Shown: piece after piece, positions 1 to 9,206 of the stretch
Numbering within the stretch: the first letter of the stretch is position 1
How the letters are laid out: the number at the start of each line of letters is the position of its first letter
Assembly (NCBI GenBank): GCA_934130375.1
Contig: CAKOXW010000001.1
Coordinates: 328,067-392,066, forward strand
DNA: 64,000 nt
Source of the DNA: an uncultured Bacilli bacterium
Lineage (GTDB): Bacteria; Bacillota_I; Bacilli_A; RF39; UBA660
Direction: 5' to 3'
Translations under genes and position numbers: made by a program
The notes under the pieces: model-generated
Told to the model about the DNA's origin: nothing
The model's database searches: none
What the model saw: only the letters and a program-made list of their open reading frames with translations

Positions 1-551
1 GATACCATACTATCTATTTCTTGTTTATCTATCTTATTACAGCAGTACCCAAGACACTCACCTATATGATAATACAAACACTCTTTTTTACCCATGGTTT
101 TGCACTTTCTAAGAGGATACAATCGATTTAATAACTCAATTGTCTTCTTAGCAGCCGTACTATTAGGATATGGTCCATATAACTTATGATTTTTCTTTCT
201 TAATTTACTAGGTCTAACTATTAATAATCTAGGTACTTTTTCATCAGTTATTTCAATATATGGATAACTCTTATCATCCTTTAAAAGCACATTATATTTA
301 GGATTATGCTCTTTAATTAAATTAATTTCAAGTAATAATGCTTCTAGTTCAGAATTAGTAATTATATATTCAAAATCAACTATATTACTAACAAGCACCT
401 TAGTCTTACCAGTATGAGAACTCTTAAAATACGAATTAACCCTATTCTTAAGGTTCTTCGCTTTACCAACATATATAATAACACCATTTTTATCTTTCAT
501 AAGATAACAACCCGGTTTATTAGGTAGCAATAATAATTTTTCTTTTAACAT
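1..551 (-). CDS. uvrC: Excinuclease ABC subunit C (UvrC), N-terminal GIY-YIG part; runs off the window start
   Basis: Manual reverse-strand translation gives [42 protein letters not shown]..., the classic UvrC GIY-YIG motif. The ATG complement is at 549-551. Not in the ORF track because it is truncated. Confidence 0.8.
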   Translation of the reverse strand, partial: MLKEKLLLLPNKPGCYLMKDKNGVIIYVGKAKNLKNRVNSYFKSSHTGKTKVLVSNIVDFEYIITNSELEALLLEINLIKEHNPKYNVLLKDDKSYPYIEITDEKVPRLLIVRPSKLRKKNHKLYGPYPNSTAAKKTIELLNRLYPLRKCKTMGKKECLYYHIGECLGYCCNKIDKQEIDSMV

Positions 552-703
552 ATAAACACCTACTTATATTTAGTATATACAATTTTTTTAAAACGAGAAA
601 ATAAATTTATGTTTAGCATTCTTTATAATATAGTCTCTTCGTCATTATTCCCTCTTCACTACTATATCTTATCACAAAACTCATTTTAAGAAAAACTATA
701 AAA

Positions 704-1849
704 TTATTCAAATTTTATAGTTGGATTTTCTTTTTCTTCTTTCTTTATTTCAAAAAATAATTCTTGTTTAAAACCAAATATACTTGCAATAATATTAGAT
801 GGGAAAATCTCTAAATTATTTTTATAATTAAGTACATTTTTATTATATATACTTCTTGATTTTGCTATACTATCTTCAATTTCACTTAAATCATCTTGTA
901 ACTTCATAAAGTTTTTATCAGCCTTTAATTCTGGATACTCTTCTTTAAGCATCATTATCTTAGATACTTCATTACCAAGTCTTTCATTCGCATCAATACT
1001 ATCTTTTTTACTTTCGGCATTTATTACTTCACTTCTTGCCTTAGTAATACTAGTAAGAGTATTTTTCTCATGCTTTGAATAACCTTTTACTGCAGATACT
1101 ACATTAGGAATTAAATCTGCTCTTTGTTTAAGTAATATATCAACACTACTCCAACTTTCTTTTACTTTATTTAACAATTTAGTAAGTCTATTAAATACTG
1201 ATATTATATAAAATAATGGTATTAAAATAATTATAAGACCAACTATTATCTTAGTAATACATTCACGAATTATTGCTTCCTTCTTAGAATTTCTATTATT
1301 AATTTCAACTATTTCACCTTGTTTTTTATCATTTAAACTCTTAATCTCATTACTCTTATTAGAATTAACACTTTGTTTTTCACTAGATTTCTTTCTATCA
1401 GTCTCAAATTCTTCTTCGCTTTTCTTACTTGTCAAAGAACCCTTTTCACTTTGTAAATTAGACCACTCATCACTTAATTCATAAAATTTCTTTGATAAAC
1501 CATTTCTATAAAACTCCTTGTTTTTAGCAACATTAACATTAATTATTTTCTTACTAATTTCACTTTCTAAATTCTTATACTTAGTATCGATATTTGAATA
1601 AATAGTTTCATAATTTTTATCTATTTCATCAAGTTTTACTTGATACTTATCATTAATATCTTTTTCTAAGTTTAAATATTTGTCATTTACTTCACTAATT
1701 AAACTAGATATTTCTTCACTAGTTAATTCCTTAGTCTTCTTAGTATCATTAATAGTTTTAAAATTAGGTACGATTACATAATAACAAGACAAAAATATAA
1801 TTAGACCATACATTAATACACTTAATATTATTGATATACTCTTTTTCAT
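704..1849 (-). CDS. LemA family protein with a long N-terminal TM plus coiled-coil extension
   Basis: The C-terminal half (LLKQRADLIPNVV...NFMKLQDDLSEIEDSIAKSR) matches the LemA family. There is an N-terminal TM helix, a long charged heptad-like region and a second TM helix. Confidence 0.6.
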   Translation of the reverse strand: MKKSISIILSVLMYGLIIFLSCYYVIVPNFKTINDTKKTKELTSEEISSLISEVNDKYLNLEKDINDKYQVKLDEIDKNYETIYSNIDTKYKNLESEISKKIINVNVAKNKEFYRNGLSKKFYELSDEWSNLQSEKGSLTSKKSEEEFETDRKKSSEKQSVNSNKSNEIKSLNDKKQGEIVEINNRNSKKEAIIRECITKIIVGLIIILIPLFYIISVFNRLTKLLNKVKESWSSVDILLKQRADLIPNVVSAVKGYSKHEKNTLTSITKARSEVINAESKKDSIDANERLGNEVSKIMMLKEEYPELKADKNFMKLQDDLSEIEDSIAKSRSIYNKNVLNYKNNLEIFPSNIIASIFGFKQELFFEIKKEEKENPTIKFE

Positions 1850-1889
1850 AAAACACCTCTTTCTCGTAATTAAATTATACTATACTTTT

Positions 1890-1918
1890 ATAAAAAAGAA
1901 AAACCCTTTTTTAGGGTT
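1890..1918 (-). terminator. Intrinsic terminator downstream of tRNA-Arg
   Basis: On the minus strand: hairpin AACCC-UAAAAAA-GGGUU followed by UUUUCUUUUUU. Confidence 0.5.
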
Positions 1919-2123
1919 ATATTTCAAATTCAACTGATATTTGATAATTGTTACATTGTTGTGTACATTTATACTCTTTATATAAAAATTATTTTTTGTA
2001 TCCACGCGTTTGTAGAGTTTAAAAAAATCATAAATAGCAACACGATTATTTACGAATAAGTTTTAACTTTAAAGCAAGATTAAAAAAATAAAAACCCTTG
2101 AATATCAAGAGTTTACATACATA

Positions 2124-2200
<77 letters not shown>

Positions 2201-2281
2201 ACATAAAAATTATAGCACAATTACTTATTATAATAAAGTATAAAAATAATTAAATTGAATATAATAAATTTGGTTAACCAA

Positions 2282-2310
2282 TTGACAACAGCATAGTATC
2301 ATGCTATAAT
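2282..2310 (+). promoter_or_regulatory. Perfect sigma-A consensus promoter (TTGACA, 17 bp, TGcTATAAT)
   Basis: TTGACA at 2282-2287, 17-nt spacer, extended -10 TGcTATAAT at 2302-2310. No downstream plus-strand ORF. Confidence 0.6.
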
Positions 2311-2316
2311 GTTGTT

Positions 2317-2364
2317 ATTGAGTGTGGTCGTGCTGACTTAACAGCGCGGTCGCACTCTTTTTTT
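2317..2364 (+). ncRNA. Candidate small RNA of about 48 nt: a 16-bp hairpin plus U7 terminator, antisense to the 3' end of the 2338..2847 gene
   Basis: GAGUGUGGUCGUGCUG-ACUUAA-CAGCGCGGUCGCACUC forms a 16-bp stem (4 GU pairs) at 2320-2357, followed by TTTTTTT at 2358-2364. It sits immediately downstream of the consensus promoter. Confidence 0.4.
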
Positions 2365-2847
2365 GTAAATTCTAAATTTGTTATCTTTTATTATTATTAT
2401 CATATTAACAAATTGTGTATCTAATCTTTTATACAATGTATCAACTAATTTTATTGCTTTTTTTATGCTAATTTTTGACCCTGAAATATCAAAAATAAAA
2501 TTATTGCATTGTTTCTTTTTCTTATATATAGCGTGATAAAATGTTTGATTACTAAAACCAACAATTGTTTTCAAATCCCAATAATCACCTCTAAATAAAT
2601 AGTCAGACGTTTGTATTCCGCAAGGGTTATTCACTCTTGGTAACATATACAATTCACCACCAAATGTACATTCTAACCACCTTGCCATTTCTAATTCTTT
2701 TATAGAATAATCCAATATAACATTTTTATTATCTACTTCATACCTAGTCCCATTACATAAAACAGTTCTCAATTCAAGAACCTCATGCGAATTAGGTCTA
2801 ACATTTCTAACCCATTTCTTAGTAACATCTTTATAAGCCTTTTTCAT
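2338..2847 (-). CDS. Hypothetical protein (169 aa), adjacent to tRNA-Arg
   Basis: ORF with no recognisable motif. Its last 7 codons are encoded by the hairpin of the antisense element. Confidence 0.4.
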   Translation of the reverse strand: MKKAYKDVTKKWVRNVRPNSHEVLELRTVLCNGTRYEVDNKNVILDYSIKELEMARWLECTFGGELYMLPRVNNPCGIQTSDYLFRGDYWDLKTIVGFSNQTFYHAIYKKKKQCNNFIFDISGSKISIKKAIKLVDTLYKRLDTQFVNMIIIIKDNKFRIYKKRVRPRC

Positions 2848-3050
2848 AAACCTCCTAAAGAACTAAATAGTTTTCACTTAAATTAAAGACATCACATATT
2901 GATATTAAAAATACCTCTCATTATAATTATTCTAGGTTCACACACCAAATTCCCCTGAAAAATAAAAAAAAGACAAAGTTTTTTGCAAATAACTTTATCT
3001 TAAAATAATATTAGTATTATTTAAGCCCAAGAATACACATAAAATAAATA

Positions 3051-4319
3051 TTATTCACCCTTTATTATTAATGTACTCTTATTACTTAAATCTAAATTTT
3101 TAATAATATAATTTAACTCTTTAATATTCATACTCTTTAATAAATCATAAACATCAGTATATAAATTATTATACAAAACTAAATTATTTAACATTAACTT
3201 ATTAGTATTAGATATATCATCAAATATATATAATAAACTACTAATATTAGACTTAATCTTTCTAGATAAATCACTTTCAGATATATTTATATTCATTAAA
3301 TGATTATCAATTTCCTTAATAATTTTATTATAACTATTAGATTTAAAAGATAATATAAATGCTTTATGAGTATCTGTATCTAAAGTATCAATATCTATTT
3401 TAGTTTCAAGTAATTTATTCTCAGTTGTATATTCATAAAATAAAGATGTTTCATCAAATAATATATTAAATATTAAAGATAAATATAAATTTAATTTCTT
3501 TCTATCTATATCCTTAAACTTCTTAAGAGGTATCTTATAAGCATGCGCAATATAAGGCATAGAGACATTACCCTTTATTATTTCTTTTTTCTTATATACC
3601 GTATCCTTCTCATCTACACTCTTAATACATACATCATGACTAATTGTTTTTTTAGTACTTTGATTTAATCTTACTATTTCAAATGCTTCTTTATAATCAA
3701 CATTACCAGTAATAATTAAAAACATATTCTTAGGATTATAAAAAGCATTGTAACAATTATACAAGTCCTCTTTAGTAATCTTTTTAACATCTGATGCATA
3801 ACCACCTACTGGATATTTAACTGGATTTGTATTAAATAAATTATATATAGTTCTTTCAAATATAGTATTATCTGGCATATCATCATACATCTTTAACTCT
3901 TCAATAATTATTCCTTTTTCTTTTTCTACATTTTTATCTGTAAAATAAGGATTAGCAACAAAATCAAGTAAATAATTTAAATTATCCTTAAAGTTCTTAC
4001 TACCTGCAAAAAGATAAGAAGTATTAAAATAATTAGTAAAAGCATTAGAATAAGTACCAGATTTATTAAAGAAAGTAAAAGGATCTTCACCACTTTCTTG
4101 TTCAAACATTTTATGCTCTAAAAAATGCGCAATACCATTAGGTACTTTATATTCTATACCATCAACACTAAATTCATAATTAGCACCCCCATACCTTGTT
4201 GTTAAAGTTACAAAAGCATCATTAACATTTTTGTAAGGAATAACTACAACATTAAGCCCATTATCAAGAGTTTCTGTATATACATCTAAATTATAAAATT
4301 TAATCTTACTTTTCTTCAT
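3051..4319 (-). CDS. M16 family zinc peptidase (pitrilysin-like), active-site HxxEH present
   Basis: HFLEH inverted zinc-binding motif. 422 aa. Overlaps the upstream partner by 14 nt. Confidence 0.8.
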   Translation of the reverse strand: MKKSKIKFYNLDVYTETLDNGLNVVVIPYKNVNDAFVTLTTRYGGANYEFSVDGIEYKVPNGIAHFLEHKMFEQESGEDPFTFFNKSGTYSNAFTNYFNTSYLFAGSKNFKDNLNYLLDFVANPYFTDKNVEKEKGIIIEELKMYDDMPDNTIFERTIYNLFNTNPVKYPVGGYASDVKKITKEDLYNCYNAFYNPKNMFLIITGNVDYKEAFEIVRLNQSTKKTISHDVCIKSVDEKDTVYKKKEIIKGNVSMPYIAHAYKIPLKKFKDIDRKKLNLYLSLIFNILFDETSLFYEYTTENKLLETKIDIDTLDTDTHKAFILSFKSNSYNKIIKEIDNHLMNINISESDLSRKIKSNISSLLYIFDDISNTNKLMLNNLVLYNNLYTDVYDLLKSMNIKELNYIIKNLDLSNKSTLIIKGE

Positions 4320-5598
4320 TATTATTCCCCCTTAATAAATAAATCATTGCTACTTTCATCTTATGAGATAAATTAATTATATCTTCTTTAGTAACACTTC
4401 TAAATTTCTCTAACTTAACCTTAGCCTTATCAGCGCCAAACATTTCAATACCAAAGTAATAGTTAATAATATTAGATGGATTATCAAATAAAGATTCAAT
4501 AGAATTAATCATTTCACCTCTAGCGTTTTCAAGTTCCTCATCAGTTACACTTTCAAATACTATTTCTTTATTAATCATCTCAATTACTTTTTTATAATTT
4601 TTATAATCAATTCCCGCATAAATTAAGCATAATGAATTAGGTATCTTAGGCATTGCAGTTACAGTATAAGCATAACTATTTTTTTCTCTAATATTAGTAA
4701 AAAGCCTTGATGTTGATGCTTCTCCTAGAATTGATGTATACAATGGAAATACATATCTTCTTTCAAATATAGATAAATTTATTCCTTTTAAAACTACTGA
4801 TAATTTAGATTGCTTAATATTCATATCTTCTATTACTTCTTTTGCATCATAACAATTACCATAAGTTATAAACGCATCAAACTTATTACACTCGTTTTCA
4901 ATTTTAAATTTATTTTTAAAAGTATTAATTATTTTATCTTCATCTATATTGCCAACAACAAATATATCTATTTTATTATTTTTAATAACATATTTATAGT
5001 ACTCATATAAATTACTTACATTTATCTTATCTAAGTCCTCTTTGTAACCCCATAAGTTAAATGAAGCAGGATCGGTTTCATCCATTAACTCAACAGACCT
5101 ATTTAATGCATATTTAGTAGTATTTTCTTTCATTGAATTAATTACTAAATCTAATCTATCATATATTTTATCAAATGATTTCTTATCAAATTTATTATCA
5201 CTCACATTTGGATTTAATAATATTTCAAATAAAAAATCAAGTGCTTCATCTAGTAATTTATCATCACTAAACTCACTATCTAAAAAGTTAATATCAATAT
5301 AACTATTAACTAAAGAACCAAATGCAATATTAGCAAATCCAAGGTTCATCGCATATAAATCTTCTAATTTAATAGACAATAATCTTTCAGTATTATATTT
5401 CTTTGTAGATAAGCATAACATTTGAAATAAAAATTTTCTAATAGTTATCTCATCTTTTTTTAATCTATCTGCAAAATTAACAGACACAGTTGTAGTTTTA
5501 AATTTATCAGTCTTAATTAAATGCAAATTATAAGACCCCATATTAATTTTTTTATATTTCATAAATCCTCCCCTATTATTATGCGAAAAAAAATACAA
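4306..5598 (-). CDS. M16 family peptidase partner subunit (no HxxEH, probably non-catalytic)
   Basis: M16-like length and paired arrangement (YmfF/YmfH-like). The true start is probably the internal MKYKK. Confidence 0.65.
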   Translation of the reverse strand: MYFFSHNNRGGFMKYKKINMGSYNLHLIKTDKFKTTTVSVNFADRLKKDEITIRKFLFQMLCLSTKKYNTERLLSIKLEDLYAMNLGFANIAFGSLVNSYIDINFLDSEFSDDKLLDEALDFLFEILLNPNVSDNKFDKKSFDKIYDRLDLVINSMKENTTKYALNRSVELMDETDPASFNLWGYKEDLDKINVSNLYEYYKYVIKNNKIDIFVVGNIDEDKIINTFKNKFKIENECNKFDAFITYGNCYDAKEVIEDMNIKQSKLSVVLKGINLSIFERRYVFPLYTSILGEASTSRLFTNIREKNSYAYTVTAMPKIPNSLCLIYAGIDYKNYKKVIEMINKEIVFESVTDEELENARGEMINSIESLFDNPSNIINYYFGIEMFGADKAKVKLEKFRSVTKEDIINLSHKMKVAMIYLLRGNNNEEK

Positions 5599-5599
5599 T

Positions 5600-6295
5600 T
5601 TATAGATTTAATGCTGTTACTAATGCTAATTCTATCATTTTTATTGTACTTTTTTCTCTATCTATACTAGACATACTCTCACTTGTAACTAAATTATCAG
5701 ATACCGTAAGAATTGTTGCTGCATGTTTAGCAAATCTTCTCGCATTTACAAATAACGCAAAAGACTCCATTTCAACTCCTACACAATCTAAGTCTAAGAA
5801 CTTTGAATAACCATCATTATAAAATGCATCTGTATTATGAATATTTGCTTTGGTTATATTAATACCATATTTACTAGCATTTTCCATAATAATATTATTT
5901 AAAGTATCACTACCACTAATATTATCTAGACTATATCCTAAATTTCTACCATAACTTGTATCACTAAAAGACTTATCTACTAAAAGAACATCATTCAATT
6001 TTAGTTTATCAGTATACGCTCCACAAGTACCTATTCTAATTATATAATTTACATTATAATCATTAAATAATTCATATGAATAAATACCCATAGAAGCATT
6101 CCCCATACCACTTGCCATAACAGTTATTCTTTTATTTTGAAAATAGCCAGTAAAACCATACATACCTCTAATTGTATTAACTACTTTAGCGTTAGTTAAA
6201 TACTTTTCTGCTATCATCTTAGCCCTCATAGGGTCTCCTGGCATCAAAACTATATTACTTATATCTTCACGAGAAGCACCAATGTGTGTTGACAT
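5600..6295 (-). CDS. deoD: Purine nucleoside phosphorylase, DeoD type
   Basis: MSTHIGA...VLMPGDPMRAK...MASGMGNASMGIYSYELF matches PNP family 1. Confidence 0.85.
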   Translation of the reverse strand: MSTHIGASREDISNIVLMPGDPMRAKMIAEKYLTNAKVVNTIRGMYGFTGYFQNKRITVMASGMGNASMGIYSYELFNDYNVNYIIRIGTCGAYTDKLKLNDVLLVDKSFSDTSYGRNLGYSLDNISGSDTLNNIIMENASKYGINITKANIHNTDAFYNDGYSKFLDLDCVGVEMESFALFVNARRFAKHAATILTVSDNLVTSESMSSIDREKSTIKMIELALVTALNL

Positions 6296-6438
6296 ATCTT
6301 ATCACCATAACAAGTATACCAAATAACATACCCTAAAATCAATAACACTTTACAATATTTAAATACAAAATAAAAAAGTATACATTTAAGTATACCAATC
6401 CTTGTACTTCTTAAGTTCGCACCATATATTTTTATTTA

Positions 6439-8778
6439 CTAATCGTTACCAAATAATATTTTATAAGCATCCATATAATTACTTACTTCAATATAATTAA
6501 TTCCATTTTTTATTTCATCTTCTATTTCTTCTAAATCTTTTTTATTTGCTGTAGGAATTATAATTGTATCAATATTACCTTTTTTAGCACCAATAGATTT
6601 TTCTTTTAAACCACCTATTGGAAGTATATTACCATTTAATGAAATTTCGCCAGTTGCTCCTATATTATTAGCAACCTTTTTCTTTTTAAATGCACTTATT
6701 ATTGCTGTAGTTATTGCAATACCAGCAGATGGTCCATCTTTCTTAACCGCACCATCTAAAGCATGAATATGTATATTACTATTAGATAATTCTTCATAAT
6801 CTATTCCAAAAGTATTACAATTTGCTTTTATATAACTAAGAGCAATTTCACAACTTTCTTTCATAACATCACCTAATTGTCCAGTTAGAATAATCTTACC
6901 ATCGCCTTTATAATATGTTACTTCTACCTTTAATGTTTCTCCTCCAAAAGAAGTAAACGCTAAAGCATTAAAAGTACCAACACTATTTTCAAGTACTAAA
7001 TTATCATTATATTTATAAACACCTAAATAATTAGTAATGTTCTTTTCATTAATAATATATTTTTTCTTACTACTACCCTCTACTATATTAGTAGCAATCT
7101 TCCTTAGAATTGATGCTATAGTTCTATCTAATTCTCTAACGCCTGCTTCCCTCGTATAATTCCTTATAATGCTTAATAAAGAATTATCTGAGAAACTAAT
7201 ACTTGTATTAGTAAGTCCGCATTCTTCTAAATTCTTTTTTATCAAATAATCTTTTGCAATATTTAATTTCTCAAAGTCTGTATATGAAGATAACTCTATA
7301 ATTTCAAGTCTATCTCTTAGTTCAATAGGAATATTCTCAATATAATTTGCAGTTAATATAAACATTACATTAGATAAATCAAATTCTTCTTCTACATAAC
7401 TATCAACAAATGTCTTATTTTGCTCTTTATCAAGTACTTCTAGTAGTGCAGACGCTGGATCCCCTTTTAAATCTCTAGTCATTTTATCAACTTCATCTAT
7501 TAAAAATACCGGATTATTAACCTTAGCCTTCTTAATTGCTGTAATAATTTTACCAGGATTTGAACCAATGTATGTTCTTCTATGTCCCATTATTTCGGCC
7601 TCATCTGATACCCCACCAACTGATATCTTAACAAATTTTCTATTAGTTGCTTCAGCAATAGATTTTGCTAAAGTAGTTTTTCCTACACCAGGAGGACCAA
7701 CTAAACATATAATTGGACTAGTTTCATTATTACTTAACTTTTTAACAGCAAGATATTCTATAATTCTATCCTTAATCTTCTTAAGCCCATAATGAGTTCT
7801 ATCTAATATTTCCCTTGCTACTTTTAAATCATCATTCTCTTTATCCTTGTTATTCCAAGGCAAGGACAACATAAGATCGATGTAATTTCTTACTACGCCC
7901 ACTTCTGGAGAATTAGAGTTCATTAATTCATACTTTTTAATCTCATTATATATTTTATTCTTGATACTATCTTTGCAATCTAGTTTATCAACTTTCTCTT
8001 TAAGCATTAATGCATCATTTTCTTTAGAATTAACATCTCCTAATTCTTCTCTAATAAGTTTTATTTTTTCTCTTAATATAAATTCTTTTTGACTATCATC
8101 TAATACTTTTTTTAACTTAACATCTATTTTCTTATCAAGTTCCATTATTTCTTCTTCAGTCTTAATATCTTCAAAAAGCATTATTACTCTTTTATATGGA
8201 TTAATCGTATTTAAATACTCTAATCTTCTTTCAAAATCAATTGGTAAATAGTTAGCAGTAATATCACTAACCTTAGAGATACTATTGACATTACTTATTT
8301 CAGATAAAATACTATTTGACGCATTAGGAACCTTGTTGATATATGCTTCAACTCTTTTTTGTATTTTTCTTATTAATGCTGTTTCATCCATTGGAGACAT
8401 TGCAAACTGAGTTGTTGACGTGATAGATGCACTTAATATATTTGTTTCATTTTTATAATCTTCATATGATAAAACATTTACTCTATTTAAACCTTGTACA
8501 ATAATCCTGATGTTTTTTCCAATAGCCATTTTCATTGTAACTTTAACTACTACGCCAAGTTTAGGCAAATCAGGTATTTCAATACTTTCTTCTAAAGGGT
8601 TACTTGGAGATACTATAAGTAAGTGGGAGTCATGATTTTTTTCTGAAAGTTCAAGAATATGCTTATCAATGGGGTTGTTTAAATCAAGTCTAAATTCGCA
8701 ATATGGTAGTATGACTGCACCTTTTAAAATGATAACTGGTAAATTTGTTTTAACCATAAGCTCACTCTCCCAAAACAA
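6439..8778 (-). CDS. lon: ATP-dependent Lon protease (LonA)
   Basis: N-terminal LON domain, Walker A GPPGVGKTT, protease motif DGPSAGI. 779 aa. Confidence 0.9.
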   Translation of the reverse strand: MFWESELMVKTNLPVIILKGAVILPYCEFRLDLNNPIDKHILELSEKNHDSHLLIVSPSNPLEESIEIPDLPKLGVVVKVTMKMAIGKNIRIIVQGLNRVNVLSYEDYKNETNILSASITSTTQFAMSPMDETALIRKIQKRVEAYINKVPNASNSILSEISNVNSISKVSDITANYLPIDFERRLEYLNTINPYKRVIMLFEDIKTEEEIMELDKKIDVKLKKVLDDSQKEFILREKIKLIREELGDVNSKENDALMLKEKVDKLDCKDSIKNKIYNEIKKYELMNSNSPEVGVVRNYIDLMLSLPWNNKDKENDDLKVAREILDRTHYGLKKIKDRIIEYLAVKKLSNNETSPIICLVGPPGVGKTTLAKSIAEATNRKFVKISVGGVSDEAEIMGHRRTYIGSNPGKIITAIKKAKVNNPVFLIDEVDKMTRDLKGDPASALLEVLDKEQNKTFVDSYVEEEFDLSNVMFILTANYIENIPIELRDRLEIIELSSYTDFEKLNIAKDYLIKKNLEECGLTNTSISFSDNSLLSIIRNYTREAGVRELDRTIASILRKIATNIVEGSSKKKYIINEKNITNYLGVYKYNDNLVLENSVGTFNALAFTSFGGETLKVEVTYYKGDGKIILTGQLGDVMKESCEIALSYIKANCNTFGIDYEELSNSNIHIHALDGAVKKDGPSAGIAITTAIISAFKKKKVANNIGATGEISLNGNILPIGGLKEKSIGAKKGNIDTIIIPTANKKDLEEIEDEIKNGINYIEVSNYMDAYKILFGND

Positions 8779-8910
8779 CTCTTATTATACATATAAAATA
8801 TTTTTTGTCTATTCAAAAATCATAATTTTTTAAACTTTTTTTCAATACAAAAAAGTACCACAACATTATAGTACTTTTTGTATATAAATCCATAGAAAAA
8901 AGAATGCCTT

Positions 8911-9180
8911 TTAACCAGCATTCTTTAGCGCAAGTGTTATTTTAGGATCAACCATATATTGAAGTTCATCAATACAATTTTGATTAGGAACGTACACAGT
9001 AACACTATCAGCAGATAAATGATATAACAAATCTGCAATATTACGACTAGAAAATTTAGTGGTATCAAAACTTGATAAATCGATAACTGTTGCATAACTG
9101 TTCATAAATATTGCATCATATTCTGAAACATTACTCATATCAAAACTTGATAAATCAATAGGAGAAGAACTACTTTTACA
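8911..9180 (-). pseudogene. Remnant of a DUF285/BspA-like repeat surface protein
   Basis: Repeat IDLSSFD(M/T)... occurs twice. Matching 22-bp direct repeats at 9064-9086 and 9140-9162. No proper start. A bidirectional terminator-like hairpin overlaps the 3' end. Confidence 0.35.
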
Positions 9181-9206
9181 TTTCTTTTATAAGTAACATG
9201 AATTAG

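Noticed and set aside
4810-5010. Plus-strand 66-aa ORF inside the M16 peptidase gene
   Set aside because: It is an antisense ORF in an AT-rich coding region, with an I/F/Y-rich low-complexity product, and is fully overlapped by a well-supported gene. The same reasoning applies to 7568..7792, 17543..17746, 19264..19467, 19897..20172, 20402..20584, 22381..22617, 22742..23223, 24057..24594, 27350..27730, 31023..31593, 31672..31878, 32083..32454, 32755..32994, 33874..34362, 37134..37322, 41627..41935, 47290..47502, 48354..48560, 48925..49285, 49346..49713, 49795..50025, 51020..51229, 62000..62429 and 62598..62903.
9064-9162. 22-bp direct repeats (ATCAAAACTTGATAAATC(G/A)ATA) spaced 76 bp apart; considered as a CRISPR-like or att repeat
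   Set aside because: There are only two copies, and they correspond to a protein-level repeat (IDLSSFD) of a decayed DUF285/BspA-like gene. This is not an array.
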